Assembly (NCBI GenBank): GCA_017417315.1
Contig: JAFPZK010000045.1
Coordinates: 20,757 to 84,756, forward strand
Reading direction: 5' to 3'
DNA length: 64,000 bases
Source of the DNA: Bacteroidales bacterium
GTDB lineage: Bacteria > Bacteroidota > Bacteroidia > Bacteroidales > UBA3824
The position numbers were made by a program, and so were the translations under genes. Of the stretch, positions 1 to 9,234 are shown one piece after another. The notes beneath the pieces were generated by a model. The model had not been told where the DNA came from. It saw only the letters and a list, made by a program, of their open reading frames with translations, and ran no database searches. Each line of letters opens with the position of its first letter. Position 1 is the first letter of the stretch.

Positions 1-2
1 CG

Positions 3-269
3 GGGCTTTTCGCAGACCTCGGAAAACTGACTTCAACCACAAGTTACGGTTATAACTTCAACCCCGAAAAAATTTCGGCGTATTATTCGGCAAACATCAG
101 CATAACGAAAGAAATTTCTGAAATAGCCTCAATAAGTTTTTACGCCAACAACTTTTTCAGGCATAACGGAAACGTAAAATCAAGCAAAACAGGCTTGAAA
201 CTTCCGCTTTACGACAGCGGTTACGTCCCCGAATTTTATTACGGTATCACATTAAGAATAAAAATATAA
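3..269 (+). CDS. 3' end of an outer-membrane beta-barrel gene, probably a TonB-dependent receptor (partial; start lies outside the window)
   Basis: Frame is open from the window edge to TAA at 267-269. Translation ...SYGYNFNPEKISAYYSANISITKE...PEFYYGITLRIKI shows a beta-strand-like alternating pattern. Lipoprotein genes follow 10 nt later, as in TBDR-lipoprotein operons. Confidence 0.5.
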   Translation, partial: GLFADLGKLTSTTSYGYNFNPEKISAYYSANISITKEISEIASISFYANNFFRHNGNVKSSKTGLKLPLYDSGYVPEFYYGITLRIKI

Positions 270-278
270 GAGAAAACT

Positions 279-1622
279 ATGACAAAAAAACTAACGATAT
301 TATTTTTTTCAATACTATTTTTCGGTGTTTCATGCGGAAAATTTGACGAAGATTTTTCTTCAGAAAAAGACCTTCAAACCTTGACACTAAAACTCGCCTA
401 CCCCGAAGCCTCGCCTTACGGGGCAACCAAAGGCATTGAAATAACCTTAACGGATAATCTCGGCGGTGTTTTTCAATGCACAACCGACGAAAACGGCGTT
501 GCTGAATTTAAAATTCCGTGCGGCATTTATTCAGCAAATGTCAGCGATGAAAGAGGAATTTATGTTTTCAACGGCAAGTTAAGCGAAATAATCCTCACCT
601 CCAAGCAGCCGGTGTCATCAGAAATTAAACTCTCGTTAGCCAATATCAACAAACTGATTATCAAAGAGTTGTATTGCGGAGGTTGTCAAACTGACGACGG
701 CAGCGGTTACACCAGACATGACAAATACGTAACCCTCTACAACAATTCGTCAGACACCTTGAAAATCAATAACTTATGTCTCGGAATCGGAACGCCGTAC
801 AATTCTACCGGCACTAACACCAATTACGTAAAAGGTGAATTAGCATACGCCTCAGAAGGTTTCACGCCGGCGGCAATGGGCATTTGGTATTACCCCGAAA
901 CGATAGAATTTTTACCTTTTGAAGAAAAAGTAATTTCGATATACGGCGCAATTGACTTTACGGTAACGTATTCAAATTCGGTTAATCTCGCAAAAAAAGA
1001 GTACTACGTACTCTACGACGAAACCTGCGAACGATACGCCTCCGACACGCATTTTTATCCCGCGCCATACGACGGAATACCTAAAAGTCATTATTTCAAA
1101 GCGTTAGTTTACGGTTTGGGTACTTCGTGGATAGTCAGCGTTACCTCGCCGTGTTTTTTTATTTTTCATCTTGACGAAAATCCCGCAACGTTTTCCTCAG
1201 ACGAAAATAATCACTATTTTGACGGTAACAAAAGCGGCTCATGGGGTGCTTTCGGCTCGTGTCTGAAAATTCCTAACAAAAATATTTTGGACGCAATAGA
1301 GGTTTTTACAACGCGTTATGACGGAAACAAAAAACGCCTTTCCCCCGAAATTGACGGCGGATATGTTTGGCACACAAATCAATACGGCTACACGCTTTAC
1401 AGAAACGTCAACGCGGCGGCAACCGAAAAACTGCCCGAAAACCAAGGCAAAATCGTTTACGGCTATACGGGCGGCACTTCGGACATAGAAAAAGGCTCCT
1501 CCGACCCCTCCGGCATTGACGCAGAGGCTTCAATAAAAAACGGAGCGCACATAATTTATTGTAACACAAACAACTCGTCAAACGATTTTCATCAGAGACG
1601 GATTGCGGCAATAAAAGATTAA
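279..1622 (+). CDS. surface lipoprotein, tandem paralog 1 (lamin-tail-like core; DUF4876-like)
   Basis: Lipobox FFGVSC. IKELYCGGC...DKYVTLYNNS motif resembles lamin-tail-type domains. C-terminus GIDAEASIKNGAHIIY is shared with the next ORF. Confidence 0.6.
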   Translation: MTKKLTILFFSILFFGVSCGKFDEDFSSEKDLQTLTLKLAYPEASPYGATKGIEITLTDNLGGVFQCTTDENGVAEFKIPCGIYSANVSDERGIYVFNGKLSEIILTSKQPVSSEIKLSLANINKLIIKELYCGGCQTDDGSGYTRHDKYVTLYNNSSDTLKINNLCLGIGTPYNSTGTNTNYVKGELAYASEGFTPAAMGIWYYPETIEFLPFEEKVISIYGAIDFTVTYSNSVNLAKKEYYVLYDETCERYASDTHFYPAPYDGIPKSHYFKALVYGLGTSWIVSVTSPCFFIFHLDENPATFSSDENNHYFDGNKSGSWGAFGSCLKIPNKNILDAIEVFTTRYDGNKKRLSPEIDGGYVWHTNQYGYTLYRNVNAAATEKLPENQGKIVYGYTGGTSDIEKGSSDPSGIDAEASIKNGAHIIYCNTNNSSNDFHQRRIAAIKD

Positions 1623-1661
1623 TTTAGTTTTTTAAGTTTAAAATAAAAAAGGTATAAAAAA

Positions 1662-3014
1662 ATGAAAAAGTTATTTTATTACGTTTTAGGTTTCGGACTT
1701 TTGTCCTCAGCCTTTTTTTCGTGCAAAGATGACACGGAAGACCAAGTAAAACCAGACCCCGAACCGACAACAGACACTACCAAAACAACTCCGACACCGG
1801 TTGTAAAACAGACTTATCCGTTTTCTTTAAAACTGACTTCGGACGTTAAAACGCTTGAAGGCTTTACGGTTACGATTTCAAAAGACACCGCCTTGACCCT
1901 CACCACAGATGCAGAAGGCAAAGTTTCAGCAACACTTAACGCCGGAAAATACGACGTTTCAGCAACGGGACAACTCACTGAAAACGGCAAACTTTACACT
2001 TTCAACGGAAAACTCTCTGACGTTGAGATTTCAGAAGGTTTTGACCAGACCAAAGTTTTTGAAATTGCTTTGGAAAAAACTACCAAAAGCCAAATCGTTA
2101 TCAAAGAACTTTATAACGGCGGTTGCACAAAAAATGACGGCAAAGGAACTTTCCAAAACGATAAATACGTTATCGTTTACAACAACAGCGGAGAAAAAGC
2201 CGAATTGAAAAACTTCGGTTTAGCAATGATTGCACCCGCAAACTCATTTTCAACCAACAAAAATCTTGAAGGCGGCAAATTAGTTTACGCAGACCAAGGT
2301 TTTATCCCCGCGATTTATGGTATCTGGTATATGCCTGAAATTAGTTTTGAGGCATACGAGCAAAAAGTAATCGTCATAAACGGCGCAATAGACAACACCG
2401 CAACGGTAACAAACTCAGTCAACCTTGCTAACTCTGCATACTATGCCTGCTACGATGTTGACGACTTCAAAGGTATCATTAAACCGTCTGATGAAATACC
2501 TGCAACGCAATATTTTTCAGCAGTAAAATGCGGTGCATTAACTATGACGGCATGGCCGTTAAGCGTTTCTTCGCCTGCGCTTTTATGCTTTTCTTTGGAC
2601 GAAGACCCTGAAACCTACGGCAACAACGAAAGCAATCTTTATTACGAAAGCGGCACGGCAACACGTCATGCTACTGACGAGTGCATAAAAATCCCGACGG
2701 CGAATGTCATTGACGGTATCGAAGTATTTTCGTCAGACGAAAAATACGCTAACAAAAATAACAAACGTCTTACCGACGAAATTGATAAAGGCTATGTTGT
2801 TCTCACTAATTATCAAGGACATACGCTTTACCGCAACGTTGATAAAGAGGCTACCGAAGCCTTAAAAGAAAATGCAGAAAAATTAGTTACCGCCGCTGAC
2901 GGCAGCATTGATGCAGAGGCTTCAATCAAAAACGGCGCACACATTATCTATATCGACACGAACGACAGTTCAACAGATTTTTATGAACGCGAAAAATCCT
3001 CTTTAAAGGACTAA
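1662..3014 (+). CDS. surface lipoprotein, tandem paralog 2 (DUF4876-like)
   Basis: Lipobox SAFFSC. Alignable end to end with 279-1622 (IKELYNGGC..DKYVIVYNNS; SIDAEASIKNGAHIIY). Confidence 0.6.
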   Translation: MKKLFYYVLGFGLLSSAFFSCKDDTEDQVKPDPEPTTDTTKTTPTPVVKQTYPFSLKLTSDVKTLEGFTVTISKDTALTLTTDAEGKVSATLNAGKYDVSATGQLTENGKLYTFNGKLSDVEISEGFDQTKVFEIALEKTTKSQIVIKELYNGGCTKNDGKGTFQNDKYVIVYNNSGEKAELKNFGLAMIAPANSFSTNKNLEGGKLVYADQGFIPAIYGIWYMPEISFEAYEQKVIVINGAIDNTATVTNSVNLANSAYYACYDVDDFKGIIKPSDEIPATQYFSAVKCGALTMTAWPLSVSSPALLCFSLDEDPETYGNNESNLYYESGTATRHATDECIKIPTANVIDGIEVFSSDEKYANKNNKRLTDEIDKGYVVLTNYQGHTLYRNVDKEATEALKENAEKLVTAADGSIDAEASIKNGAHIIYIDTNDSSTDFYEREKSSLKD

Positions 3015-3015
3015 A

Positions 3016-4602
3016 ATGTTAAGACATAAAATCATAATATTATTTTCACTCTGCACTCTGACAGGTTTCAATACTGTCAGAGCGCAGTTTGATTCTTTAA
3101 ATTACAGCGTTAGCGGCAATAATTTTCTTAAAAGCCATAACACTGCACTCTTGAACGGCTTGAATATTTCGACGGTTTCATGCGCGGAAATACAAGCGCA
3201 AGGTTATCAAGGCGGTTTCAAAAACTTTTCCGAAGGCGAAAAAACTGCGGCTCTAAAACTAAAAGCAGAATCTTTTTACCGTTTCAATCCTAAGGTAAGC
3301 GGTTACGGCAAAATAAGTTATGAAAATTTTTCCGGCAAACAAACAACGGGAGCAGCGTTTTTAGACCCTGAAAATGCACCGTTCAACATCATAGAGCAAG
3401 CGGACACTAACGCCGGACAACAAAAGCGCGAAACATACGAAATCATCGGCGGTCTCAGCATAAAAACTTGGAAAAATCTTTCACTCGGAGCAAAATTCGA
3501 GTATACCGCCGCAAACAACGCCAAACGCAAAGACCTGCGTCATAAAAATAGTCTTATGGACTTAACAGGCTCATTAGGAATAAGTTATGATTTTAATTTC
3601 CTCAACCTCGGTTGCGCATATATTTACCGCCGACGAAACGAAGACATAAGATTTTCCGTAAAAGGCACCTCCGACAAAGTTTACAACAGCATAATCAGTT
3701 ACGGCTGCTTTTTCGGACTAAGAGAAGAGTTCGGAGAAGAAGGCTTTACGGACAAATCAAGAGAGTTGCCGCTTTTTGACTCTTATCAAGGCGGAAGTTT
3801 TCAGGTATTGTTAAAAATCACTGATAACATAAAGTGGTTCAACGAGTTTGAATATTTTTTAAGGAGCGGACACTACGGTCAAAAAAGTCAATACACGGTT
3901 GAACTTACACAACACGAGGCAGAAATTTCAGCACTTAAAGGCAGCGTGTTTTTTTCTCATAACAGTCTGATTCAGAGCATAAACTACGCTTTTGAAGAAG
4001 AAACTTTGTATAATTATAGAAATATCTGCAATTCAGAGGCTTTTGAAGGCGGACTCACCAACTATATTTATTACGACAAGACAAAAACTTCGGGTAAAAA
4101 TCCTATAAACTTTTCCGCAGAATATTCAGCATTTTATTTTTACGACGATAAAATACTGAGTTTAAAAGTCGGCTCACAATATCAACACCGTAAAACCTAC
4201 GCTGTAAGATACCCGTTTTGGAGAGTTCAAGACATAAAAACAAAAACTTTTTATGCAGAAATCGGACATGAAAACGATTTTCTTAAAGGCAGATTTTCAA
4301 AAGTTTTAGGCGTAAAATTCGCCAAAGGCAGCGGCAAACCATACGAAAACGGATATACTGAAACCCCGTCAGAGGATTATACCCGCCCCGTAAGTCAAGA
4401 TGATTTTTTAATGCAGGAATACGAATATCTCTGCAAACCTCACGTTATGATTTCGTCTGAATTAAAATACACTCAAAAAATATTCTCCGACAAAATCTAC
4501 GGCTATATTGCCGTAAACTACGCCTTTACGACGGCAAAAAACACGAAATATTTAAATTCTACAAGACATTTTGCCAAAATCAGGACGGGAATTATTTTCT
4601 AA
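3016..4602 (+). CDS. outer-membrane beta-barrel protein (DUF6850-like)
   Basis: Signal peptide ending VRA|Q. Aromatic-rich alternating strands and a C-terminal ...RTGIIF typical of OMPs. Starts 2 nt after the preceding gene. Confidence 0.55.
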   Translation: MLRHKIIILFSLCTLTGFNTVRAQFDSLNYSVSGNNFLKSHNTALLNGLNISTVSCAEIQAQGYQGGFKNFSEGEKTAALKLKAESFYRFNPKVSGYGKISYENFSGKQTTGAAFLDPENAPFNIIEQADTNAGQQKRETYEIIGGLSIKTWKNLSLGAKFEYTAANNAKRKDLRHKNSLMDLTGSLGISYDFNFLNLGCAYIYRRRNEDIRFSVKGTSDKVYNSIISYGCFFGLREEFGEEGFTDKSRELPLFDSYQGGSFQVLLKITDNIKWFNEFEYFLRSGHYGQKSQYTVELTQHEAEISALKGSVFFSHNSLIQSINYAFEEETLYNYRNICNSEAFEGGLTNYIYYDKTKTSGKNPINFSAEYSAFYFYDDKILSLKVGSQYQHRKTYAVRYPFWRVQDIKTKTFYAEIGHENDFLKGRFSKVLGVKFAKGSGKPYENGYTETPSEDYTRPVSQDDFLMQEYEYLCKPHVMISSELKYTQKIFSDKIYGYIAVNYAFTTAKNTKYLNSTRHFAKIRTGIIF

Positions 4603-4636
4603 AAACAACACACCCTCGCACCATATAAAAACAAAA

Positions 4637-4668
4637 AAAACGGTTTGTTTGCACAACCGTTTTGAGAA
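4637..4668 (+). terminator. weak rho-independent terminator after the beta-barrel gene
   Basis: AAAACGGTT (4637-4645) pairs with AACCGTTTT (4655-4663), followed by a T-rich tail. Confidence 0.4.
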
Positions 4669-4720
4669 ACTTTAATTAACTAAAACCTAATAAATAAACA
4701 TCAATAATGAATAAAAAAAG

Positions 4721-4793
4721 AGCGGGAGACGAGGCTCGAACTCGCGACCTCAACCTTGGCAAGGTTGCGCTCTACCAACTGAGCTACTCCCGC
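4721..4793 (-). tRNA. tRNA-Gly (anticodon GCC)
   Basis: Reverse complement folds as a cloverleaf: GCGGGAG-TA-GCTC-AGTTGGTA-GAGC-G-CAACC-TTGCCAA-GGTTG-AGGTC-GCGAG-TTCGAGC-CTCGT-CTCCCGC-T. Length is 73 nt and no CCA is encoded. Confidence 0.95.
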
Positions 4794-4819
4794 GTTATGT
4801 CTGTCTTATTTTGACGGTG

Positions 4820-4827
4820 CAAAAGTA
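4820..4827 (-). promoter_or_regulatory. Bacteroidota-type -7 box (TACTTTTG) for tRNA-Gly
   Basis: Matches TAnnTTTG on the minus strand, about 27 nt upstream of the mature tRNA 5' end. Confidence 0.4.
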
Positions 4828-4895
4828 TAGACTTTTTACAACTCTACCAAATTTTTTTACACTTTTTTTTAATTTTTTTTATAACAAAATATAAA

Positions 4896-5903
4896 TCAAT
4901 TATTTGTCAGGTCAATATAATTAAAACCTTTTGTTTTTAACGTCTGAAAACTACCGTTTTTGTCGCTGTAAATGAAAAAACCTTCCGCTTCGGGGAGCGA
5001 ATCCACCAAACGAAAACCTTTTTCTAACCCCATAACCATTACCGTTGTCGCCAAACCGTCGCCAAGCAAAGCGTCAGGCGTAATAACCGAAACCGATAGC
5101 AAAGAATCATCTTTCGGATAACCGGTTTTTGCATTAAGTTCATGCGAGTATTTTTTGCCGTCAATAACAAAAAAATTTCTGTAATCGCCCGAAGTGCAAA
5201 GCGATTGATTTTCAAGCAAAACAGCGGCAGTAATATCTCTGTTTTCTTCCGTTGAACCGTCAATAGGAGTATCAATACCGACTTTCCAAGTCTGATTCTC
5301 GGAATTTTTGCCGAAAGCCCTTACTTCACCGCCTACTTCTACCAAAAAGTTTTCATAACCGTGGTCTTTCAACCACAAGCAAAGTAAATCTACGCTGTAC
5401 CCTTGCGCATTCGCATTGAAATTCAACGTGATACGTTCGTCATCTTTTTCAAGACGATTGCCCGAAATTCTGACTTTGTCCATGCCGACAAACTCCAAAA
5501 TAGAATCTAACTCACTTTGAAGCGGTTTTCTGAGGTCTTTATGCTTGTTGAAACCCCATGCGTTAACCAAAGGACGGCATGTCGGGTCAAAAAGTCCGTC
5601 AGAGAGTTTATAAAGATACTCCGAAGAAGCAAAAACCGCTTTGAAATTCTCGTCAACCTCAAAAGTTAAATTTTGATTCAATTTAGTCAAACGCGACTCT
5701 TTGTTATATGCCGACATCGAAAAATCAAACGCATTCAAAATACTATCGAACTGCGGTGTAAGTATCTCATTATCAAAACTTTTATACGTGATATGCCATG
5801 TTGTTCCCTGCGCAAAACCTGAAGTTTTTACATACGAAGACGTTTTGCCGCACGAAGTACAAAACAATGCAGCCGTCAACAACAATGCAAAATATTTTTT
5901 CAT
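4896..5903 (-). CDS. apbE: FAD:protein FMN transferase (ApbE family lipoprotein)
   Basis: Lipobox LFCTSC. ApbE-like length and motifs (TSGDYRNFF, GLATTVMVMG). Confidence 0.85.
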   Translation of the reverse strand: MKKYFALLLTAALFCTSCGKTSSYVKTSGFAQGTTWHITYKSFDNEILTPQFDSILNAFDFSMSAYNKESRLTKLNQNLTFEVDENFKAVFASSEYLYKLSDGLFDPTCRPLVNAWGFNKHKDLRKPLQSELDSILEFVGMDKVRISGNRLEKDDERITLNFNANAQGYSVDLLCLWLKDHGYENFLVEVGGEVRAFGKNSENQTWKVGIDTPIDGSTEENRDITAAVLLENQSLCTSGDYRNFFVIDGKKYSHELNAKTGYPKDDSLLSVSVITPDALLGDGLATTVMVMGLEKGFRLVDSLPEAEGFFIYSDKNGSFQTLKTKGFNYIDLTNN

Positions 5904-6391
5904 TGTTTTCCCTCCGGCATAACCTCGTCAATAGTTTGTAAATCTGTTTTAGAAAAAATATATTCCGGCAGCAAAACATAAATAAAACCATGCTCCGAAT
6001 TTACGACACCGCGAATATAAGGAGCAGGTGCCATTGCCTTGTCAATATCGTCGGAAATCTTTATCGTGTTGACGTTCATCTCGCTGACAGACATAACTTT
6101 ATCAATCAAGATTCCGAACTTCTTTTTTCCGGAAGCAGTACTGATTTCAAAAACCGCCACGTATTTTCCCGGCACATCGTCAGAAACCTCTCTCTTAAAG
6201 TCTAACCTCTCTATCGTGTTGACAACAGGGATTACCTCGTCCCTGAAAACCTTAATGCCGGCAACATAATCCGGCGCACCGGGCAACGGACTAATATCCT
6301 TGCTTTCAGTTACTTCCAAAACGTTAGTTACCGAAACGGCAAAATTTCTGCCGCCAGCCCTAAACAATATAAACGACTCTTTATAATCCAT
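5900..6391 (-). CDS. CheW-like domain protein
   Basis: FILFRAGGRNFAVSV..VLEV....ISPLPGAPDYVAGIKVFRDEVIPVV...GILIDKV follows the CheW-domain pattern across its length. ATGA overlap with apbE. Confidence 0.7.
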   Translation of the reverse strand: MDYKESFILFRAGGRNFAVSVTNVLEVTESKDISPLPGAPDYVAGIKVFRDEVIPVVNTIERLDFKREVSDDVPGKYVAVFEISTASGKKKFGILIDKVMSVSEMNVNTIKISDDIDKAMAPAPYIRGVVNSEHGFIYVLLPEYIFSKTDLQTIDEVMPEGKQ

Positions 6392-6447
6392 ATCAAAAAA
6401 ATTTTTGCTAAATTACCGTTTTTTTTTCAAATAACAAAAGAAAGTTT

Positions 6448-6455
6448 TAACTTTG
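6448..6455 (+). promoter_or_regulatory. -7 box TAACTTTG
   Basis: Matches TAnnTTTG, 22 nt upstream of ATG 6477. This argues against the TTG start at 6453 given in the ORF track. Confidence 0.45.
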
Positions 6456-6476
6456 CAGTCAAAGTCAAGAAAAAAT

Positions 6477-6818
6477 ATGGCAACGGTTAACGTATATCAA
6501 CGCTATTTTGAAGCCGAAATGCTTTTTAACGGCCTCAAACGCAAAGGTGTAAATGTTTTGTTAGTCTCTTGCAGCGAGAACGGCAACATCAAATACACCG
6601 CTGAAATCGCGTTTTTTCCTCATTCTGACAGCGAAGATTTTGCAGTAAGTTACGATGCGCATTTCATAAAAACGCTGTTTGAAGGCAAAGGCAGACGGAG
6701 CAAAAAGAAAGAAAAAGAATTTTTAGCTCAACTATTTTCGGTTGCAGAAAACCTCGCCGAAGAAAACGGCGGCAAGATTTTCTTCGACAAACCACTGAGT
6801 GAAGAAAGAACGGCTTAA
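6477..6818 (+). CDS. hypothetical protein
   Basis: ORF in a coding-like context. Start moved to the first ATG downstream of the -7 box. Confidence 0.5.
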   Translation: MATVNVYQRYFEAEMLFNGLKRKGVNVLLVSCSENGNIKYTAEIAFFPHSDSEDFAVSYDAHFIKTLFEGKGRRSKKKEKEFLAQLFSVAENLAEENGGKIFFDKPLSEERTA

Positions 6819-6857
6819 ATATTGCATAAAAAACTATAAACTAAAAACTTAATAAAA

Positions 6858-7202
6858 ATGGCAGAAGAAAACAAAGAACAACAAAAGGACGACGTTACGA
6901 TTAACGATCTCCTCAGAAAAATCCTTTATCAAGGTGTCGGAATGGCAGCCGGAGCAAAAGAAAGGGTTGAAAAAGCGGTTAAAGAATTAATCGGCGAAAA
7001 GAAAATCACCAACGAAGAAGGCAAAAAAATTGTTGACGATTTTTCTTCAAACATCGACACAAAGGCAAAAGACCTTGAATCAAAAATCCGCTCCGTCATC
7101 AACGAAGCCCTCTTGAAAGTAAGACCGGCAACAAAATCAGAAGTGGAAGAACTCAAAAAACGAATCGAAGATTTGGAAAAAAGAGTTGCAAGCCTCGATT
7201 AA
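6858..7202 (+). CDS. phasin-like coiled-coil protein
   Basis: Charged helical protein (...GAKERVEKAVKELI...EVEELKKRIEDLEKRV), of the type often found upstream of ABC1/UbiB kinases. Confidence 0.45.
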   Translation: MAEENKEQQKDDVTINDLLRKILYQGVGMAAGAKERVEKAVKELIGEKKITNEEGKKIVDDFSSNIDTKAKDLESKIRSVINEALLKVRPATKSEVEELKKRIEDLEKRVASLD

Positions 7203-7228
7203 AAAAAATTGTTTAAAAAAAGAAAAAC

Positions 7229-7513
7229 ATGATTAATTCACTTTCAAAGGTTTCAAACATTATTATTGACGAGACTGTCGGAGTCGTAAAAAAGACTTTC
7301 GACAATCTCGTCAGTGATAACAAAATATCCGAAGGGCAAGGAAAGTCGATTTTTGAAAACATCAAAAACGGCTTGTTTGACAAGTCGTCAGAACTTGAAA
7401 ATTCCGTTACGGAACTTATCAAAAAAATCTACGCCAAAATGGATATTGCAACCCCAGAAGAACTCGAAGGCTTGAAACGGAGAGTAACACTTTTGGAAAA
7501 ATTAACGAAATAA
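7229..7513 (+). CDS. phasin-like coiled-coil protein (paralog)
   Basis: Same architecture, ending ...ELEGLKRRVTLLEKL. Confidence 0.4.
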   Translation: MINSLSKVSNIIIDETVGVVKKTFDNLVSDNKISEGQGKSIFENIKNGLFDKSSELENSVTELIKKIYAKMDIATPEELEGLKRRVTLLEKLTK

Positions 7514-7521
7514 GAAAAAAA

Positions 7522-9225
7522 ATGCCGCTGAAATTTCCCAAAAATCCGAAAATTTTTGACAAGTTCAACAATGCTTTAACAGTGTTGTTCAAATACGGTA
7601 TCGCCCCTTTCACGGAAAACGGAAGACTGAAAAAAATAGTCAACAAAACGGGCATCAAAACGTTAGAAAATAGTCATAAATTAAACAAATGGGAAAAAAT
7701 ACGCCTCGCGACTCAGGAACTCGGGGCAACGGCAGTGTATTTCGCAAAGTTTTTGTGTTCAAGACCCGACATTTTGCCGCTTGAACTTATTTCGGAATTT
7801 TCGGCTTTGGAGTTCGACAAACCTCAGGTTACAAAAGCCACGGCAATAGAAATTTTTGAAACTTCAACGCGCCGAAAAGCAGACAAAACTTTCTCATATT
7901 TCGACAATTACTGTTTTTTTCAAAACGGTTACGCAGCGGTTTTCAGGGCTAAAATGTTAACGGGCGAAGATGTCGCCGTAAAAATAATTCTGCCCGAGGC
8001 AAAAGAAAACGCAATCTCCGACATAAAACTTCTTAAACGTCTTGCCGGACTTGCCGACAGTTTTTTGGAAAGACACGGAATCCAAAATCCGTCAGAAATT
8101 ATCGATTCGTTTTCGCAAACAATTATGCCGAAATTGGATTTAAGAAACGAGGCTGAAATGATTAAGCGGTTCAAAAAGGCTTATCGCGATATGAAAAGTT
8201 TTGCCGTTCCGGAAGTGTTTTCGAGTTACAACTCTGAAAACACATTAGTTACCACCTATTATAATACGGCGGGCATAACTAAGGCAAAAGAATTTACCGC
8301 TTGGGGGCTTGACCATAGAAAAGTCTCGGACACGTTTTTGAACACTTTTATTACCGGAATGTTGACAACGGGACTTTTTGAAGCCTCGTTAACAGACGAG
8401 ACGGTAAGAATAATGCCGGAGGGAAAAATTGCATTCTCGGATTTTAGTTCCACCAACCTTTTGACCAGCGTTCAGAGAAACTTAATCAGCGATATTGTCG
8501 CCGCGCTGACGACACAAAATTCGGGCGTTTTGGCAAACAGTTTAAGAAAAATAGCGTTTAACTCCGATTTCAAAAATTATCAGGAATTCAAAAACGACGT
8601 TCAGTTGTTGGCTGATAATCTGTACTTTATGGAGTCGTCAGAACACTATATGAGAGAATTTTCGTTCGGAATTATGAAAATCTGTTTTAAACACAAAATC
8701 ACTCTTCCGGCTGAAATTCTGAGGGCATTTTCAGCACTTTCAGATGCTGAAAACATCGCTCTTTCGATTACGCCGACATGTTTGATTTCGGATTTTTTTA
8801 AACCGTATGGCAAAAAACTGCAATTTGAAAGATTTTCGCCCGAAAGGTTCAAAAATACAATCAACAAAAACCTTTCGCAGGCAAGCGATTTTCTTGAAAA
8901 TTCACCCTTGGAACTCTCCGTTATCCTCAGAAAAATACGGCAGGGACAACTTTTTACCAATATCAACATAACGGACTTCAAGTTTTTTGTCCGCAGAATG
9001 GATATTGCCGCTAACAAACTGATTTTCTGTTTTATAATAGGGATTCTGATACTTTCGGCAACAATTTCGGCAGTGTTTATAAAAGACGGATTTTTTATTT
9101 TCGGACTGCCGGTTTTAAGTTTTATCGGCTTTACCTTAGCGTTATTTTTCGGGGTTATGCTCCTCGCATACGTGTTAGGGACACGGTTCAAAAACCATAA
9201 AGCAGAAGAGTATAACGATAATTAA
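7522..9225 (+). CDS. ubiB: ABC1/UbiB/AarF family atypical kinase
   Basis: AAVFRAKMLTGEDVAVKI (VAVK lysine), LDLRNEAEMIKRF, and C-terminal transmembrane helices. Confidence 0.8.
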   Translation: MPLKFPKNPKIFDKFNNALTVLFKYGIAPFTENGRLKKIVNKTGIKTLENSHKLNKWEKIRLATQELGATAVYFAKFLCSRPDILPLELISEFSALEFDKPQVTKATAIEIFETSTRRKADKTFSYFDNYCFFQNGYAAVFRAKMLTGEDVAVKIILPEAKENAISDIKLLKRLAGLADSFLERHGIQNPSEIIDSFSQTIMPKLDLRNEAEMIKRFKKAYRDMKSFAVPEVFSSYNSENTLVTTYYNTAGITKAKEFTAWGLDHRKVSDTFLNTFITGMLTTGLFEASLTDETVRIMPEGKIAFSDFSSTNLLTSVQRNLISDIVAALTTQNSGVLANSLRKIAFNSDFKNYQEFKNDVQLLADNLYFMESSEHYMREFSFGIMKICFKHKITLPAEILRAFSALSDAENIALSITPTCLISDFFKPYGKKLQFERFSPERFKNTINKNLSQASDFLENSPLELSVILRKIRQGQLFTNINITDFKFFVRRMDIAANKLIFCFIIGILILSATISAVFIKDGFFIFGLPVLSFIGFTLALFFGVMLLAYVLGTRFKNHKAEEYNDN

Positions 9226-9234
9226 AAAAGACAA

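Noticed and set aside
6453-6476. TTG start for the 121-aa ORF.
   Set aside because: The TTG overlaps the predicted -7 promoter box (6448-6455), so the first ATG at 6477 is used.
8646-9191. 181-aa minus-strand ORF.
   Set aside because: It lies entirely within the ubiB coding sequence on the opposite strand and has no motifs, so it is a shadow ORF. The same reasoning applies to 9412-9828, 15362-15766, 47212-47772, 48643-49101, 49909-50532, 62169-62693 and the many 60-100-aa antisense ORFs in the track.
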